This document shows positions 58,263 through 64,000 of a stretch of DNA of 64,000 bases, in pieces. A program made the position numbers and the translations under genes. The stretch's first letter is position 1. Every line of letters starts with the position of its first letter. A model generated the notes under the pieces. That model was not told the DNA's origin. It did no database searches and saw only the letters and a program-made list of their open reading frames with translations. Source of the DNA: Takakia lepidozioides (lineage: Eukaryota > Plantae > Bryophyta); NCBI GenBank assembly GCA_030704615.1, contig CM060732.1, forward strand, positions 19,654,001 to 19,718,000, written 5' to 3'.

Positions 58263-58735
58263 AACCCACTTTTCATTTTTGAAAGGCCCACATTACACTT
58301 CGACAATTTTATCATTTACTGTGAAGAGGGCTACGGCTTTTGAATGGCCCTTCCCAACCCACTTTTCATTTTTGAAATGTCGACATTACGCTTCGACGAT
58401 TTTATCATTGATTGTGAAGGGGGCTACGGCTTTTGAATGACACTTCCCAACCCACTTTTCATTTTTGTAATGTCGACATTACGCTTCGACGATTTTATCA
58501 TTGATTGTGAAGGGGGCTACGGCTTTTGAATGACACTTCCCAACCCACTTTTCATTTTTGTAATGTCGACATTACGCTTCGACGATTTTATCATTGATTG
58601 TGGGGGGGGGTTACGGCTTTTGAATGACACTTCACAACCCAGCTTTCATTTTTGAAAGGTCAACATTACACTTCGACAATTTTATCATGTATTGTGAAGG
58701 GGGCTACGGCTTTTGAATGGCCCTTCGCAACCCAC
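58263..58735. repeat. ~93-bp minisatellite (x5) in the SPDS upstream region
   Basis: aacccacttttcatttttg...ggctacggcttttgaatg repeats at ~58263, 58356, 58449, 58542 and 58635. Confidence 0.9.
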
Positions 58736-58885
58736 TATGGCATATCCTCTTTTGCTCACCTGATCGGATCACATGTCCAGTATCATCTACATCCAAGTGC
58801 ATCAATATATGAAGCAAGCCATATCTAATCATTTTTTTTTTCATAGAGCCTACGACCAGATTTGAACCGGAGACCTTTCCCTTGA

Positions 58886-59060
58886 AAAAAGAAAAGAAAA
58901 GAAAAAGTATGACATGCGTAACTTATGGTGTCACTTCACCACAAAGGCTACTGCCCAGTTGAAAGGTGGACACCTTCATGACACACCAGACCCTGGTTTG
59001 AGCCCACAACCACATTCAACGTGGTATGTGCCCATTACCTCTCGCCTACATGCTGGTTGG
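58886..59060 (-). mobile_element. tRNA-derived SINE copy (left arm)
   Basis: TSD ttcccttga at 58877-85 and 59061-69. Confidence 0.8.
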
Positions 59061-59734
59061 TTCCCTTGATATCTATCCATCTAGGCTCCAACCATTGTCC
59101 AGGGATTCCCACTTTGCTATTTTTTGGGAATTTCCAGCGACCCAAAGTACTTGAAATTCCACATCTCCCACACCGCAGGTCCAAAAATCATGAGACCAAG
59201 CCCTGCACCCCTCCTCGTCGAGGGCTTTCCAACGTTACCAAGCACCAAGGCTGCCCCGCGGTTTGGGACATCTCGACGTGACAAGACAAAACAAAACAAA
59301 CGTCTTGTTTCATATATTGACTATCACTATTACTATCATTATCACTATCACTATCACTATTACTATTGTGTCGTTTGGAGGTTCACATCTTAGCAATACT
59401 GGTATCAACAGCAATATGGTCCATCGCAATACCAGATGGGTATGGTATATACACAATATGGAGCGAGGTATGTATTGCCCCTAGTATGGTAATGCCCGGG
59501 GTACCCACCACCGGGTATGGTCTTACCTACCCGGGTTGATATCAATATTGATACCCGGGTTGGATCCATCGCAATACCAGATGGGTATGGTATATACACA
59601 ATATGGAGCGAGGTATGTATTGCCCCTAGTATGGTAATGCCCGGGGTACCCACCACCGGGGTATGGTCTTACCTCCGGTTGATATCAATATTGATACCCG
59701 GGTTGGACCTACATACCGGTCCAACACTGGTTAA

Positions 59735-60211
59735 GGGCGTTCCATGGGCAGCTGCAAGCGCCCCCCCCCCCCAAGAATCGTCCCCAGGATTAACGAGGCA
59801 CAAGTGGTCAAATAGGATATTCCCTAAGGGGCGCCCCCATGGATCCGCCTCTTGCTAAGGGGCGCAAAAAAACCGTCCCTTCCCTTCACGAGGGGCAAAC
59901 GAGTCTCAGGGCGCCTCTAAATGACACCTTTGTTTTTTCCTCCAGCGGGCCCGCACCCTTACAGAATACTATTTATTTCCATCCAAAGTAAGTTAGATTT
60001 TAGGAGAGGGACTGATTATGACATTTTCATCCAAAACTTATATTTACTGTCAATTATTATGTCATGGGCCCATAGCAATTGGTGCCAAAGATTTCTAGAG
60101 GGGTGAATGAAACATGTCCATGGAACCACCCCCTCTCATTTTTAAGGGGCCATTCCTCCATGGGGGCTCCCCCCTTGGGAAGCGCTTGGGAGTGCCCATG
60201 GAACCCGGCCC
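59735..60211. mobile_element. Harbinger/Tourist-like MITE forming the spacer of the inverted duplication
   Basis: Ends gggcgttccatgggca.ctgcaagcgc / gcgcttgggagtgcccatggaacccggccc, each flanked by TTAA. Confidence 0.6.
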
Positions 60212-60862
60212 TTAACCAGTGTTGGATTGGTATGTAGGTCCAACCCGGGTATCAATATTGATATCAACCCGGGTAGGTAAGACCATACCCGGGTGGTAGA
60301 TAGGGTGGCCAGTACCCCGGGCATTACCATACTAGGGGCAATGCATACCTCGCTCCATATTGTGTATATACCATACCCATCTGGTATTGCGATGGACCAT
60401 ATTGCTGTTGATACCAGTATTGTTAAGATGTGAACCTCCAAACGGCACAATAGTGATAGTGATAGTGATAATGATACTAACAATGATAGTGATGGTAGTG
60501 ATAGTGATAGTGATAATGATAGTAATAGTGATAGTCAATATATGAAACAAGACATTTGTTTTGTTTGTTTTGTTTTGTCTTGTCACGTTGAGATGTCCCA
60601 AACCGCCCAACCTTGGTGCTTGGTACTGTTGGAAAGCCCTCGACGAGGACGGGTGCACGGGCTTGGTCTCGTGATTTTTGGACCTGCGATGTGGCATGCA
60701 ACCTTTTTTATTATCACGCCAGGCCCAATGCAAACTGCAGAAGCGGACGTCGGAGAGGAGGCGAGATTCAAGTATTTTGGGTCGCTGGAAATTCCCGAAA
60801 AATAGCAAAGTGGGAATCCCTGGACAATGGTTGGAGTCTCGACAGGATAGATATCAAGGGAA

Positions 60863-61043
60863 CCAACGAGCATATAGCCTAGTGGTAATGGGCACATACC
60901 ACGTTGGATGTGGTTGTGGGTTCAAACCACGGTCTGGTGTGTCATGAAGGTGTCCACCTTTCAGCTGGAAGGCAATAGCCCTTGTGGTGAAGTGACACCA
61001 TAAGTTACGCTCCCTTTGGGAGGCGTCATATTTTCTTTTTTTT
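60863..61043 (+). mobile_element. tRNA-derived SINE (181 bp, T-rich tail)
   Basis: Box A TAGCCTAGTGG (60875-85), box B GGTTCAAACC (60919-28), T-tail, 9-bp TSD TCAAGGGAA; empty-site copies of the host repeat at ~63075 and ~62160. Confidence 0.85.
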
Positions 61044-61649
61044 TCAAGGGAAAGGTCTCCGGTTCAAATCTGGTCGTAGGCTCTATGGAAGAAAAAAAAA
61101 TGATTAGATACGGCTTGCTTCATACATTGATGCACTTGGATGTAGATGACGATGGACACGTGATCACGTGAGCAAAAGAGGATATGCCACAATTCTAAGA
61201 ATATTATTGGAAAAATGCTCTAGCGAAACTAAAATGTGAAATTTGTGCTTGCGTGAGCACAAACCACGCGAAGTTGGGGCATAAGGAATTTCCCGTGTGC
61301 CATCTCCATCAACACTTTTCGTTGATTAATAGTTGCATATTTAATCATGTGCAGTTGACGCTCGTAGCAATCATTAATATACGAAACCAGACACAATTCA
61401 TTCTGTTTCGTCCACAAAAGCGTGGGTAAATGATCTACTGCAATAAGCACATAACAATTGGTAGCGAAATAAAACAACCTCATGTCGTCCCTTGTATGCG
61501 AAATGAAACACAACTCAGTTTGTTTCGCCCACAAAACCATTGGATAATGACCTACGCAACCATACTTTGGAATTTCACTGACGAAACCCGATACCTTGAT
61601 TTGTTTCGCTGGCTAAACCCGTTGTTTGCCTCATTATACTAAGTCAATA

Positions 61650-64000
61650 CTAGGGTAGCCTGTGCCATTGGCCCAAGTGTCTAGTGTCATCTAAGTCCAA
61701 GTGCATCGATATATGAAGCAAGCCATATCCAATCATTTTTTTTCCACAGAGCGTACGACCAGATGTGAACCGGAGACCTTTCCCTTGATATCTCCAAGTG
61801 CTATCTCCTATATATCCAAGTGTGTCTCCTATGTCGAGGCTCAAATGCGACCTCTAGGGTAATTTGTGTCGTTGGCCCAAATGCCCAGTGTCATCTAAGC
61901 CCAAGTGCAAGATCTCATTTGTATCCTAGTGGGTCTCCTAAGTGCGGCCCAAGTGCGACCTCTAGGGTAGCTTGTGGCGTTGGCCCAAGTGTCCAGTGTC
62001 ATCTAAGTCCAAGTGCAATCCCCTATGTATCAAAGTGCATATCCTATGTCAAGACCCAAATGCAACCTCTAGGGTAGCCTTTGCTGTTGGCCCAAGTGTC
62101 CAATGTCATTTAAGTAAGTTTTTTTTCCACAAAGCCTACGACCAGATTTGAACCGGAGACCTTTCCCTTGATATCTCTCCCCTCGAGGCTCCAACCATTG
62201 TCCCAGGAATGCCCACTTTGCCATTTTTGCTATATTTTGTGAATTTCCAACGACCAAAAGTAATTGGAATTCCACATCTCCCACATGCCTCGCAGTTTCG
62301 GACATCTCAACGTGACAAAACAAAACAAAACAAACAAATTGACTTCCTTCATATATTGACCTGGGTAGCCTGTGCCGTTGGCCCAAGTGTCCAGTATCAT
62401 CAAGTCCACTGCAATCCCTATGTATCCAAGTACATCTCCTATGTCGAGGCCCGTGTGTGAAAAATTGAAATCTAAGCCCAAGTACAATCTCTTATGTATC
62501 CAAGTGCTTCTCCCATGTAGAGGCCCAAGTGCTACCTCGAGTGTCCAATGTCATCTAAGTCCAAGCGCAATCCCAAAGCCCACTTTGCTATTTTTGCAAT
62601 CTCCCTTGTCGAGGCTTCATATATAGATATATTCACTTTGCTATTTTTCATGAATTTCCAGCGACCAAAAGCACTGAAATTCCAAATCTGCCACATGATG
62701 GGCCAATCATAGCTCTAGGAAAGCCCACTTTGCTATTTTTTTCGAATTTCCAGCAACCTGAAGCACTTGAAATTCCATATCTCCCACACCGCCGGTCCAA
62801 AAATCATGAGATCAAGCCGGTGCACCCCTCCTCATCGAGGGCTTTCCAATGGCACCAAGCACCTGGGCTGGGCCCCGCGGTTTGGGAGATCTCAACGACG
62901 CTACAAAACAAAACAAATGTCTCGATTCATATATTGACATGAATGATTGATATGAATCGAGACGTTTGTTTTGTTTTGTAGCGTCATTGAGACTAGACAT
63001 AGGAGACGCACTTGAATGCATAGGAGATTGCACTTGGGCATTCCTAGGACAATGGTTGGAGCCTCGACAGGAGAGATATCAAGGGAAAGGTCTCCGGTTC
63101 AAATCTGGTCGTAGGCTCTCTGGGAAAAAAAAAAAAACGATTAGATGTGGGATTGCACTTGGACTTAGATGAGAGTGGACACTTGGACCTGTACATGGGA
63201 GATGCACTTTGATACATGAATAGAAGATTGTACTTGGGCTTAGATTTCAATCCTTCACACCTATGCCAACGGCATAGGCTACACTAGAGGTCGCACTTAG
63301 GCCATGACATAGGAGACTCACTTGGATATATAAGAAATTGCACTTGGGCTTAGATTTCAATTCTTCACACATGGGCCTTGACATCGGAGACGCTACTTGA
63401 ATACATAGGGGATTGCACTTTGACTTAGATTTCAATTCTTAACACCTTAGGCCTAGATCTCCCAAACAGGAGGGTCTCTAGATACATACGGGATTGCACT
63501 AGATGACACTGGACACTTGGGCCAACGGCACAGGCTGGTCAATATATGAATCGAGACGTTTATTTTGTTTTGTTTTGTTTTGTTTTGTTTGTTTTGTTTT
63601 GTCACGTCGAGATGTCCCAAACCACGGCGCAGCCCTTTGATGCTCGGTACTGTTGGAGGAGCTTCGGCAGGGAGAGATATCAAGGTAAAGGTCTATGGTT
63701 CAACTCTGTCGTAGGCTCTGTGGAAAAAAAAATTGATTAGATATGGCTTGCTTCATATATTGATGCACTTGGACTTGTGTTGTTCTAACCCCTGGCCGTG
63801 CTGCACAAGTGCAGATCATGACTTCATGCTTTCTGCTTTTTAAAACTTGGCTATGTGCAGTGGTGGAGCTGCATCAGCTTTGTTGGCTTGGCTTAATTTC
63901 ACCAGCTAGCTTTAGTCTTTTTGTATAGACATCTGATTGTGAGAGAGATGAGAGCTACAAAACTGCTCTTATGAGCTTGGATGACATTGGACACTTGGGC
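61650..64000. repeat. Complex modular repeat (ccaagtg/gggtagcctgtgccgttggccc and tRNA-like modules) in direct and inverted orientation
   Basis: Modules shared with 58790-59320, 60540-61150, 50280-50510 and ~49390-49450; orientation flips at ~62940. Confidence 0.8.

Larger units (their letters stand above)
58738..61189. repeat. Large inverted duplication: arms 58738-59734 and 60212-61189 around a 477-bp spacer
   Basis: tggcatatcctcttttgctcac / gtgagcaaaagaggatatgcca at the tips; collinear inverted SINE, microsatellite and hAT-MITE-like segments in both arms. Confidence 0.92.

Overview
Eukaryotic land-plant genomic DNA with spliceosomal introns. It is probably a non-seed plant such as a moss, but the species cannot be determined from the window. 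There are three intact host genes: a 3-exon nodulin-like/NFD4-family MFS transporter (5977-10154, +), a 2-exon RAM1-clade GRAS transcription factor (41425-44174, +) and a 9-exon spermidine synthase (57919-53264, -). Between the first two lies a ~26 kb nest of decayed DNA-transposon genes. It contains an At4g13970-like SWIM/MULE-type transposase fragment, a zinc-finger ORF, a Ulp1/C48 protease, an SGS3-like zf-XS/XS gene and a CACTA TnpA-like gene, interspersed with arrays of short palindromic motifs. A young full-length Galadriel-like chromovirus has inserted into this nest (26613-33585; 729-bp LTRs, TSD TTCAG). The rest of the window carries a ~1 kb higher-order tandem repeat, several MITEs with TSDs, a tRNA-derived SINE family, and a ~2.4 kb fold-back inverted duplication centred on a MITE just upstream of SPDS. 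The most promising lead is the co-occurrence of transposase, Ulp1, an SGS3-like zinc-finger cargo gene and motif arrays. This resembles the VANDAL/VANC anti-silencing architecture but with an RNA-silencing-type domain. It is inference from degenerate copies and needs profile searches and intact family members.
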